DNA of 64,000 nucleotides from Flectonema sp. DT1601 (taxonomy: Eukaryota). The notes below the pieces were generated by a model. It had not been told where the DNA came from. It searched no databases and saw nothing but the letters and a program-made list of their open reading frames with translations. The stretch lies in contig OZ025802.1 of assembly GCA_964019425.1 (NCBI GenBank), forward strand, positions 1,116,001 through 1,180,000, written 5' to 3'. Of the stretch, positions 11,128 through 22,447 are shown one piece after another. Made by a program: the position numbers and the translations under genes. Numbering within the stretch: the stretch's first letter is position 1; each line of letters begins with the position of its first letter.

Positions 11128-12604
11128 ATGAACTACCACATCCGAGTCTGCTGTGGTCTTGGAAGTCAAACTGAATATGTTAACATAGTTGTGCCGTACT
11201 GTGGTGAACCAACACAAGGTATGAATTGTTTTTGTCTTTTTCTTCTTGGGGGAAAAAAAAAAAACAGAGCTCTTCCTAGACACTGTCAGAGAACATCTAC
11301 AATCAGACGCTGTCACATTGTCGGGTCTAGACTTTGATGGGTTGTTAATATTTAATGAAGTAGATTACACTTGGATACCACTACGTCATCCATCACAGTT
11401 ATCTGAAGACTGTCAGGTATACGTTCCGCGAGATGGACAACAACTGCCTGCAGAGTTCCCTCCAGTTGAACGCAAGTCTAACGAAACTGACTGGTGGAAA
11501 GTTGCCATGGCTCAAGAACCGAGTAAACTCATAGCAACTATATTATCAATAGAGTACGCTGGTAGTTTTGTTTTATCGTTTATGTCCACTGCTAATATTG
11601 TTTACGAAAACAGTCCCACGGTGACATTCCAGTCAGCCGGTATTATAAATGCCATTGTCATCCTCGTCATTCTTCTTTCATTCGGAGAGAATCATACTCC
11701 TCAACTAAATCCGATAGCAACCTTGGCGTTGTTATTAAGGAGGAAGATACCTATATGGTTAGCTGTACTGAGCTTTATAATTCAGATACTAGGATGTGTT
11801 GCTGGTGTTGCTTTGGCATTTGCTGTGACTGAGGGTGGATCTCCAGATGCTGATATTAGTTTTAGAACAGCTGCGTCAGTGGTACAGCCGGGATGGGCAA
11901 AAGGTCAGGCTGCGATTGTTGAGATTACGGCGTCGTTTTTCATATCATTTATTGTTTTAAAACATACGAAAGATCACGAAGATCCATTCAGACATTCTCG
12001 ACCTCGTTCATGTACTCTTCAGGGAGCTATTGCAATAAGTGGAAGTTACTATGTCCCTACAGCTGTTTTTAGTAGAGTCCATCCAAACACAGCACATCCA
12101 GCACGTGCGTTCGCTATGGCTATTGTGTTGCAGGATAGAAGTGAAGTTTGGGAAAATCTTTGGATCTTTATCGTTTTTCCTATCTGTGGGTGTCTTATAT
12201 CAGCTGTTGCTCACCAGTCTATTCCTTCAACGAGAGGTGTTTATAAATCTGTTGCTGATACTGTACAGTCAAAGCGTCATCATGCCTCTTCAACAACAAA
12301 ACAATATCAAGTGATTCAACCTGCGAAAACTATTTTTATTAATGGTGGTATGGATCAGAGAATTGGTGTTAAACTGACTAGTGATTCCCGTCATTTTGAA
12401 ATTATATCGAGTCTCTCTGAGTGGTCAGATAATCCACAATGCTGGGTAACTGACACAGACGGTACATTAGTTACACTTACTTATGACACCGTCACTGATG
12501 GAAGTGAGTATTCTATTAAGAAGTCTACAGTTAAAAACACAGTTCAATCTCCTGTAGTAAACGTGTTCGGAAGTGCTCATAGTCTTGTACGAACTCGACA
12601 CTAA
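11128..12604 (+). CDS. Aquaporin/MIP channel with an N-terminal BILBO1-N-like domain and a C-terminal small beta-grasp/KHA-like domain (exons 11128-11218, 11268-12604)
   Basis: A 49-nt intron 11219-11267 (GTATGA...AAAACAG) joins ORF 11128 to ORF 11246 in frame. MIP features: IEYAGSFVL, LNPIATLA, IIQILGCVAG, VEITASF, HPARAFA, WIFIVFPICG. The N-terminus contains WIPLRHPSQLSEDCQVY. Confidence 0.85.
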
Positions 12605-12850
12605 ACCTCCTTTTGATGTACTTAATCAAAGGGAGAAACAATATGGAACTTTCCGTATCTGTTTTGAATCGGTTTTGTATTTTTTATCTGTTCTGGGGTA
12701 GGTAGATGAACAATTATTTTATAATTTAATTAACAGAAATCCACAACCAAAATAGCGGGGAATCATAATAAATCTACCCAACCCATAAAATATATTTTTT
12801 CATAACTCATCCTTTAGGTAAAAAAATGTATTAAAAACAACAACTAAAAC

Positions 12851-15800
12851 ATGTCAGGTGGTCTCCAGAGAGCGATCCTAATCGACGGTACAACTGACGG
12901 GTATTTAGTGTCTTGGATAACACCCTATTGTAGTAAAGGGTTTATTGAATATAATAACAGTAGGGGTGTCAATAATATAAAATATCCTTCACAATCCACT
13001 CACGATGTTGGAGGATGGAGAGGTTGTGTAAACACCGCGAGATTAGATGAAATATTCCATCCATCAAACGCGAGTTATAAAATATTTGATGTTGGGGACA
13101 GCGGTAGTGATATTCAGCAGTTTAGTTCGATTCCGGCTGCAGGTGATTTTGATTTATTGAAATTTGCAGTCATATCGAGCACAGGTACATCTGAAGATGC
13201 GAATCTGTCAGTAAATCTACTCCTCACCGCTGACATCAATCTTCTTGTTGGTGTTGGAGATCTGAGTTATGCAGACGGCAATCCCGATGTGTGGAATGTG
13301 TTCGGTTCGTTGTTTGAACCAATTCTTAAGAAGATTCCTTTAATCGCAACACCAGGTGATCACGAAATAATGAATGACGGACGTGGGCATGCTATCCCAT
13401 TTAGGTATGCTAGACAGTAAATCATATTATCACAACCCGTAAACTAGAATGATTATATCATATAAACTACTAACAGATATCGATACACCCGAAGTAACAC
13501 AAAGTTCAGGTGGTATTCTGTCGACAAGGGACTGGTGCACTTTTGCCAACTGGACTCTGACTTATTGACTGAAAAAAACGAATCTGAATATCAAAAAAGA
13601 TCACGTTCCTGGAATCGAACTATCGACGATGTCCGAGAACAGTATCAACTTCTTGTTGTACAACAGCTGCGGTATGTGTCTGTGCGGCTTAATTTGACAC
13701 AACACGGGGAATTTTACTAGGTCAGGACAATGAAAGGATTGACAGATTGAGAGCTCTTTCTCGATCCATTGTGTGGTGGTGCATGGCCGCTCCTGGTTGG
13801 TGGAGTGATTTGTCTGGTTGATTCCGTTAACGAACGAGATCTCGACCCTTCAGTAGGGGCGCTCGTCGCTTAGGTCTTAGGCGTTCTACGTCCTTTTTCC
13901 AAGACAGTGCCGCCCTTCTCGGGAAAATAAAATAAAACTTCTCTCCCTCTATAGAGTCAGTTCCTGATCGCGAGCCCCTCTTTGCGCCTGACAGTGACAA
14001 GCACGTTTCTCCACCCTCTCTAACCCCTGTTGTATTAGATATGCCGTCTGTGTTCTGTGTTGTTGAGGTGGTAATGAAAATAGAACTCTTTATTACCAAT
14101 TAGCGACGCACATCCTGCTATTCCCTTTTACAATAGAACTCTCCGTTGTATATTTCCTACTCAAGTTTTTAGGATTCTCTTCCGTCCTGCAAGTATCACT
14201 AAAGATTGTCGATACCTAACCCCTTTCTGGGATGCGTTCTTAGGCCGTAGCATACTTGGGATTTTGTTTTTTTTTACAAAAAAAAAAAAAAAAAAAAAAA
14301 CAACACACACAGATGGTTGAATAACGACTTACAAAATGCAGTCAATAACCGCAACACCATTCCATGGATAGTTGTTAGTTGTCATTATCCTATTTATAGT
14401 AGTCTGAGTGACTCATATAACTTAGAGATCAGAACCGTATTGGAACCTTTGCTGCTCACTTATGCTGTAGACTTAGTGCTGTCAGGTCACAATATACACT
14501 ATGAGAGAACCTTTCCTGTTAGTCAAGGACTGGTGTTGCAACAACACTATAATTCACCGAAATTTCCGGTTTACGTAGTCGTTGGAAGTTCTGGAGGAGG
14601 AATCGCAATGCCCGTGGGAGATAAAAGTGATTTTACAGCTTTCATACGTTCAACTAAATCGGGATTCGTTCAGATTGCTGTGAACAAAACTGTGATGGAT
14701 GTCAGCAGGGTAGAGATGAAACAATCAACTATCATTGATCAATTTGTGATTATTCATAAAAACAGAACCAATGTACTACCAAGTACATCACCTATTCCAC
14801 CACGAACAAAGCTACCGATTTCACCTTTTAAATTTTATCAAATTTCAAGCAACTCTCTCAAACCATTTCAATGCACAACACCATTCTCAATAAGTAACAT
14901 CAGCATCCCTCACGAGCTAATTTTGATTGAACAAAATTCACTAAATAGCAAAATATTAACAACGTTAACCAGAATAATTTTAGAACAGAAACTAGGTGTT
15001 ACAGTAAAGGTCAAGTTCGAACCTGACCTGAATGACACTCTCCTGTCTGATTTACAAGAAGATACGGTATTTATACAGGCACAACCACTACCTAAATCCT
15101 TTAATAGTAAACCTGTAGGTAGGGAGTACGGTGCACGTGGATCTTGGACATGGCAGATACGAAACACTGGAAGTAATTCTGTCCAAGACTGGAAATATTT
15201 TCAAAGTGATTCTGGTGACTATAAACAGCTGTACTGTCCTTTGGAAAGTTGTGTGCAAGAAATGAAGAGTATTACATCGAAATATAGCCTGATGCTGCTC
15301 CCTGACTCAGCTGGTTCTGAAGAGGGTCTTATACTACGAGCTCTATCACAAAGTTCATCTGAAGACATGATGTTCCAATGGTGGACTCCGAACTTCATTG
15401 GTACCACTCTAGATAATTACACTGAAATATTAATACCAGAAATACGAATAGAGGAGTTCAAAGTATACTCAAAACTAGTTAGTGAACATCCTGCAACATA
15501 TTTTATTAATAATTTTCAACTCTCAACTGAAGACCTTAGTACTCTACTACACAACACGGAGGGTGATACTCGAAATGTTCAGTTAGTTGCTTGTAATTGG
15601 TTAATAAACAATCCGGTAAAGGTAAATAGATGGTTTCAAAAAGATAAATCATCGGACATACCAATGAACCTCTCTTTTGCGATATTCTCGTTTGTTACTC
15701 TTTTGTTAATTATTTTGTTAAGTTGCTATGTTAGAAATTTGTGGAGGCATTATAATCGTTTTCAGCTTGCTCCTCGTGAGCCTCCGTTTACTATTGGAAC

Positions 15801-16614
15801 GATTCAGATTTATGATGAGGAGATGATTAGTAGGGAATTTCCAAAAATATTTCCGAAAATTAAACAAACTTATGACAAAATAATCAAATCAAATGCCACT
15901 GTCTACAATGGATATATAGTCCCATCCACTACCGACGCTAACGACGTTGTCATCACTTGGATTGATGCTGATGATGCTGCAAAATGTTGCATCGAAATAA
16001 ACAAACAACTTTGCAAAGTAATTTGGCCAACAGAACTTACTAAAGAAAAATCAACGTCAATTCAGTTAAACTCTGATGGATCCGCCGCATTTGCTGGAAT
16101 AAGAGTTAAAATTGGTCTTGTTTTCGGTGATGCAACTGCTGTATGCAACAAAGACTTAGCTTTGCAATATAGCGGTTTGTCATTTGAGACTTCCGCGTAT
16201 TTATGTGAAGTTGCAAATGGTGGTCAAATATTGGTGTCGAGGAGTTTTTTTTCAGCCGTGACCCAGCCAGAGACTGGAGACCCGTTTGTGTTTCAGGAAC
16301 TTGCCTCAGTTGAGATTGACAATGTTGGTAAGTTAAATTTATATAATTTGGACGTGACGGGTCTTCAGCGTGTTTTTGGAGGAACTCAAACAGACTCGGA
16401 TTGCCCAAACAAAATTGCAACAGGAATATATCGATTTCTATCCAGTACCTCTGGTGGAAAAAATATTTCTGTCACCCGTTTGAGTGCCTGTTTGCAGAAC
16501 TCTTCTGCAATAGAAAAGGTAATTTCAACTCATCCGTCTCTGCCTTCGGAAGATTTCTTAACCAGGGAAGATATTTCCGCCCTTATGAGTAACACCATTC
16601 ATGTTAAAATATAA
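12851..16614 (+). CDS. Multidomain receptor: purple acid phosphatase-like + OpuAC/ProX-like periplasmic-binding domain + 1 TM + class III adenylate cyclase-like domain (exons 12851-13404, 13477-13671, 14313-16614; true start uncertain)
   Basis: Introns 13405-13476 and 13672-14312 (both GTATG...ACAG) give a continuous PAP sequence: GDLSYADG, PGDHE, WYSVDKGLVHFCQLDS, QLRWLNNDL, PWIVVSCHYPIY, DLVLSGHNIHYER. PBP-like motifs: IILEQKLG, FQWWTPN, FINNFQLS, ACNWL. TM at ~15670-15735. Cyclase-like GIRVKIGL...YSG...VANGGQILVS. Confidence 0.85.
13681..13850 (+). pseudogene. 18S (SSU) rRNA gene fragment inside intron 13672-14312; may extend to ~13923
   Basis: Conserved SSU blocks occur in order: TGCGGCTTAATTTGAC(A)CAACACGGGGAA, AGGATTGACAGATTGAGAGCTCTTTCT, GGTGGTGCATGGCCG, GGTGGAGTGATTTGTCTGGTTGATTCCGTTAACGAACGAGA. 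There is no flanking rDNA, and the normally invariant GACTCAAC reads GACACAAC. Confidence 0.92.
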
Positions 16615-16802
16615 CAGAAAGTTGTTGTTACGTGCTATGATTTGCTGCTTATTTATTTACACGAGAGGAAAGATTTTATTTTGTGAAGTGGGTGAGATGT
16701 TTCGAAACAATATTTATTTCAATTCGTTCCCAACAGCTCTCTGATATGGTGTAATCTGTGGTGCAGTTTGTATCTAATTTCTGTGGTAGTTTGTTGTTGT
16801 AG

Positions 16803-18280
<1,478 letters not shown>

Positions 18281-18901
18281 ACAGTCCTGCATTTGCACCC
18301 CGCGGAAGGTTAAACTTTATTATCTATTACTAATTATTTTATTATTGTTGCTTTCTAGCTTGTAGACCAAGCTGTGCAACATGTGCGACTTATCCTCACA
18401 ACTTTTCCCCATTTTATCTTTTATCGAAAAGTTCTTTTACCTTTTTCCCTCTTATTTTCATCCCTCACTAATTGTAAATGTTTTTATCTTTTTTGTTCAA
18501 TCACTTTCGGTGGTAGTCTGAGAGTCGGGCGTTGCTGGCTCTCGGTCCCCTTTTTGTTTAGCCTTCACGAAGTGTTACTAAGAAATAAATTATTAAATTC
18601 TCATGACAGGTAATGTGGTCTGTGACGAGTCGAAAAACTACTGCAGGACTCTCTTCGAAGTTCTTTTTAACACAATAAGTTTATTTCAGTACAGCTCCCC
18701 CCCCAGGGCATGGGATGCTCAACCGGTAGTGCGTGGTCCCCGGGTCAATTTGACTTGACAGCATTTCTTTCTCTGGTAGTTTATTTAAAGCATGCGATTT
18801 TGTGTGGACAGAATCCAGTTATAATGATTCATGTCTAATTTGTTGCGTGTTAACCTTGATTTATCCAAGTCCCCCCCCGATAGCAGGGAGAGAACAATAA
18901 T

Positions 18902-20926
18902 ATGACTCAGTCAGATTCTCTGGATATGTCAAAGTATGACCAAATACTAAAACCAATAAAACAACTGGAGGAAGTCTGGGGAATAGATTTAGCAGCGACA
19001 CTGCAGTCATATGCAGCTGAAATAACTGCATTGGATTTGGGAGGTCAGAATTTAAATTTTGCTCAGGCAGCTCTGTTGATCATGGGAGCCTCTGCGATTT
19101 ATGGAAAGAAAGTCGACTCACTGCAAGCACTAGTACAAGATACGTACGACGCAATTTTGCAACGTCGTAAGGAAAAGGAAGATGCTCAAGTTAAACGTAG
19201 AAAACGTTCTCGAATCCATCTTCGATCAAGTGTTAGATTTGTAGACGAGTCGACAAATATTACAAAGGGATCAAACCTGTACCGTGATGATGTTGCGGAG
19301 ACATTAAGAATGATTTTATCGGGAAATACTGAAAACATTGTCGGAAACAAAAGAGGATCTGCTTCGAGAGAAGCAGCGAAGATCTCAGAAGGAGAATTAA
19401 TCCCGTTTGAGAACACGCAAACTGGTGGATTTAATTTTCGAGTAAACATCTGTACAATTTCAGGAGAGGGTCTGCTATTACCAAACGTTCAACAAGAGTT
19501 AATGGGAAGCGCTTTTGAACTTGGTCAGGTCACACCAAGACGAAGTAATACAAAATATCAAATGCCTGCAACACCATCAACAGCAACATCAAAACAAATT
19601 ATGTCTGAAAGTTCAAAAAAAGGTGATGATGATGACCTAGACCAAGAATTAAAAGAAGCGATTGACAGAGACGAGAGAGAAAAGCTACTAACCCAATCAC
19701 AACCAGAACAAAAACTATCAAAAGTAAAAGATGAAGATGACAGTGATGGCGATGTAGAATCAGACGATAACGGAGATGACATCCCTGATATATGTGATGA
19801 GTACGAGTCATTTATTCAATGTTGTAAACAAGATCGATTTGCCGTAACAATCCAAGACCGCCCCTGGGAAAAACTTGACATAACTGAAAAAATAGCTGAA
19901 ATTGATCCGACTAAACAAATGATGGCCGACCTTACTTCTGAGAAACTGATCTCTTACAAACAACACCTACTCCGAAAAGTTGACAATCGCGGTAAACTCA
20001 TCTGGGATGATGAGCTATTGGGTAAAATAGGACACGCAAACACACAATACAAAGACTTACAATCATACACGGAATCTGCAAGAGAATTTCTTAAAAAGGG
20101 ATTAATGCATGAGAAAACTAATAACAAGCCTCAGGGAGGAGCATCTACCTTTGCTGATGAAGCTACGGAGGTGGAACCACCAGTGTGTGCGACTGACAGT
20201 TATTTCTTACCAGCTGTTGATGTTGATATGGATGACTGTGCGGATGATGGTTGTAGTGAACTCGCTTTTTGTGAACCAATATCCCCTGTTTATGAGGCTC
20301 GTGATGATCAAATGATTGTTGACACTAACCAAGACAATAGAATAGAACATCCAGAGCTAACGTACTATGCTGATAAAGCCAAATTTGATGATCTTTTATT
20401 CGCAACTAACAACACGGCGGAGATTGAAGCTCGTCTTAGTGGTGAAGAAGCAGCACTCTATCAACGTGTTTCAAAATGGCAAGATAGACTTGAACCTCTT
20501 CTTGAAGAACAAGCCCAACGACCAGCATTCAGCATTAGTGAATACATGGAGAGACTTCTCAACGTGTTCTCAGATGATGTAAAAAAAATATCATTCAAAG
20601 ATCTGACGGCATGTTGCTGCGCTGGTCACTGGGAAGTATCTCGTTTCTTCTTAGCGTCTTTGCAATTAGCCAACACTGGTAACATAAAATTAGATATAAA
20701 AAGGCACTACAACGGAGCAGTGTCGGATGAAGTTACGGTATGTTTTTTATTTTTTCCCGGGGGTACTGTGATTGTTGAACTTAAAAAAAAAAGAAAGAAA
20801 AAAAAAAGAAATTCAAAACAGCTCCATTTAGTCTCTAAAGTTTGTGTTTTTAACTTCGACGATTTAGACTCTGAAGCAGAACCGTCAAGGGGAAGAATTA
20901 ACAGTAAGAGGAAGGCAGGACAGTAG
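18902..20926 (+). CDS. NCAPH2: Condensin II kleisin subunit CAP-H2 (probable in-frame intron 20738-20821)
   Basis: N-terminal ILKPIKQLEEVWGIDLAATLQSY...LNFAQAALLIMGASAIYGKKVDSL and C-terminal RVSKWQDRLEPLLEEQAQRPAFSI...WEVSRFFLASLQLANTGNI match the CAP-H2 N and C motifs. Confidence 0.9.
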   Translation: MTQSDSLDMSKYDQILKPIKQLEEVWGIDLAATLQSYAAEITALDLGGQNLNFAQAALLIMGASAIYGKKVDSLQALVQDTYDAILQRRKEKEDAQVKRRKRSRIHLRSSVRFVDESTNITKGSNLYRDDVAETLRMILSGNTENIVGNKRGSASREAAKISEGELIPFENTQTGGFNFRVNICTISGEGLLLPNVQQELMGSAFELGQVTPRRSNTKYQMPATPSTATSKQIMSESSKKGDDDDLDQELKEAIDRDEREKLLTQSQPEQKLSKVKDEDDSDGDVESDDNGDDIPDICDEYESFIQCCKQDRFAVTIQDRPWEKLDITEKIAEIDPTKQMMADLTSEKLISYKQHLLRKVDNRGKLIWDDELLGKIGHANTQYKDLQSYTESAREFLKKGLMHEKTNNKPQGGASTFADEATEVEPPVCATDSYFLPAVDVDMDDCADDGCSELAFCEPISPVYEARDDQMIVDTNQDNRIEHPELTYYADKAKFDDLLFATNNTAEIEARLSGEEAALYQRVSKWQDRLEPLLEEQAQRPAFSISEYMERLLNVFSDDVKKISFKDLTACCCAGHWEVSRFFLASLQLANTGNIKLDIKRHYNGAVSDEVTVCFLFFPGGTVIVELKKKRKKKKRNSKQLHLVSKVCVFNFDDLDSEAEPSRGRINSKRKAGQ

Positions 20927-21456
20927 TATTTTATTTTATTTTTATTTTTCTGTTTTTTTTTGTATCGAAAAAAAAAAAAAAAAAAAAAAAATTACCGTCT
21001 CATGCGAGTTAGCTGGGGAAGCGGTAGTAGTAGTTCTTTGTGCTATATGAATGTGGGTTGTGAACAATTAAAATCGCATTACTTCGTAAATAAAGAAATG
21101 ACTCCACCTCATCCATCTCTGCAACACACACGATTTATAGAATAGATTCCTTCTTTTAGAATAGTAGACCCCCCTTTTTTTTTTCTACTCCCCAAAACTT
21201 TATTTTTTATATTTGCGGTAAATTTTAGATTTTAATTTTTTTTTTTTTTTATCACTGCAAATGTTATCTTTTTTTATTTTTTTAGTTTTTTAGTTTTTTT
21301 TTTAATTTTTTTTTTTTTACAGGAATTGTCCAACAGATTTGTTTATGCGGAAACCCGTATAAAGTAAATGAAGTGTTAACGTTACTGCTGCCACAATTCT
21401 GTTGTAAAAATATTATTATTTATTTTCTTTTCTTAGACGATTAATTATAGTAAACA

Positions 21457-21888
21457 ATGTTCTCATGGAAATTACAACAAGTCACGATTCCATTAAAGTT
21501 TACCGCAACTGTTTATCACTTGGTAGCTGTTTTGATGTGTTTAGATGGAATTGAATCAAACTTAAAAGCTTCACTAAGACCGGGGCATAGTCAATCTTCG
21601 TATGATACCATTGAAAGTAGTGGAACTTGGGCACTCTACATGAGTCTGTTGTGTATATTTTTTTGTATAGCTGGTTCATTTGCTGGCTACACTCTAACTC
21701 ATCCCGTCGCTACTTTTTTTCAAATTCCACTTCACGTAACAGCACTCGTTCTGTTATTAGTTGTTCACTACCAGTCTCTACACTACATCAGATTTTGGCA
21801 TATTTTCTTTAGCTGTGCGTTGCCTGCTGCTGTTTTAGAAGTAGTTATATTCTCGCATATAAAAACCAGCAAGAAGATAAGTTGGTAG
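21457..21888 (+). CDS. TMEM107: TMEM107-like ciliary transition-zone 4-TM protein
   Basis: 143 aa with IPLKF..TVYHLV, NLKASL, YD, GYTL..P...QIPLH and FWHIFFSCALPAAVLE; same size and pattern as the TMEM107 family. Confidence 0.8.
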   Translation: MFSWKLQQVTIPLKFTATVYHLVAVLMCLDGIESNLKASLRPGHSQSSYDTIESSGTWALYMSLLCIFFCIAGSFAGYTLTHPVATFFQIPLHVTALVLLLVVHYQSLHYIRFWHIFFSCALPAAVLEVVIFSHIKTSKKISW

Positions 21889-22009
21889 TAAAAAAAAACA
21901 TTTCTGTAAAACTGTTACGTTCATCTGGTCAGTCTGTCAGTCTATTTTATTGAACCTTTCACAAAGACATTAGAGAATAATAGAATTCCTTGCGTTCAAT
22001 TTAATTTGT

Positions 22010-22447
22010 AAGTCTGATTTGTGTTCCTTTAGCTAATTTATATTATTCCTCATCAGGGCATCATAGCAATAAATGAGATTTTAGTTAGTAAACAACGCTG
22101 CTTACTAATATAAAACAATGGGATACACAACCATTCATAGTGTGTGTTCGGTTTTCTGATTTCTGACCATTAAACTTCACTCTTCAGGCTCGTACTCACG
22201 GTACTAACCCCTGAAACGAGAAATCAGAGATTATGGATTCCGGGAGGGAGGAGTACATTACTTACTATCAGGCGTGGAGTATGCGGCGGGTTTTCTCTCT
22301 TTTTTTGAATCCCTTAAAGTCTGATTGTTACATGTGTTCCTTTAGCTAATTTATTCCTCATCAGGGCATCATAGCAATAAATGAGATTTTAGTTAGTAAA
22401 CAACGCTGCTTACTAATATAAAACAATGGGATACACAACCATTCATA
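22010..22447 (+). repeat. ~130-bp direct duplication (22010-22139 and 22317-22447) flanking a 177-bp insert
   Basis: Both copies read AAGTCTGATT...CCTCATCAGGGCATCATAGCAATAAATGAGATTTTAGTTAGTAAACAACGCTGCTTACTAATATAAAACAATGGGATACACAACCATTCATA. Confidence 0.95.
22218..22287 (+). pseudogene. Degenerate 18S rRNA-derived fragment
   Basis: GAGAAATCAGAGATTATGGATTCCGGGAGGGAGGAGTAC resembles SSU GAGAAATCAAAGTCTTTGGGTTCCGGGGGGAGTA. AGGCGTGGAGTATGCGGC resembles SSU AGG(A/C)GTGGAG..TGCGGC. The order is correct, and the intervening block is mostly deleted. Confidence 0.6.

Noticed and set aside
12643..12857. Possible signal-peptide exon (MELSVSVLNRFCIFYLFW, donor 12698, acceptor 12857) for the PAP-cyclase gene
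   Set aside because: Frame-compatible, but it starts only 39 nt after the aquaporin stop, has an atypical donor, and the candidate middle exon 12737-12817 has in-frame TAA stops. Left unresolved without cDNA.
13681..13850. Functional rRNA gene
   Set aside because: Only ~170-240 nt long, mutated at an invariant position, and no other rDNA around it.
13827..14099. 90-aa minus-strand ORF within the intron (possible nested gene or homing endonuclease)
   Set aside because: Short, no LAGLIDADG/HNH/His-Cys motifs, non-ATG start, and it overlaps the rRNA-derived sequence.
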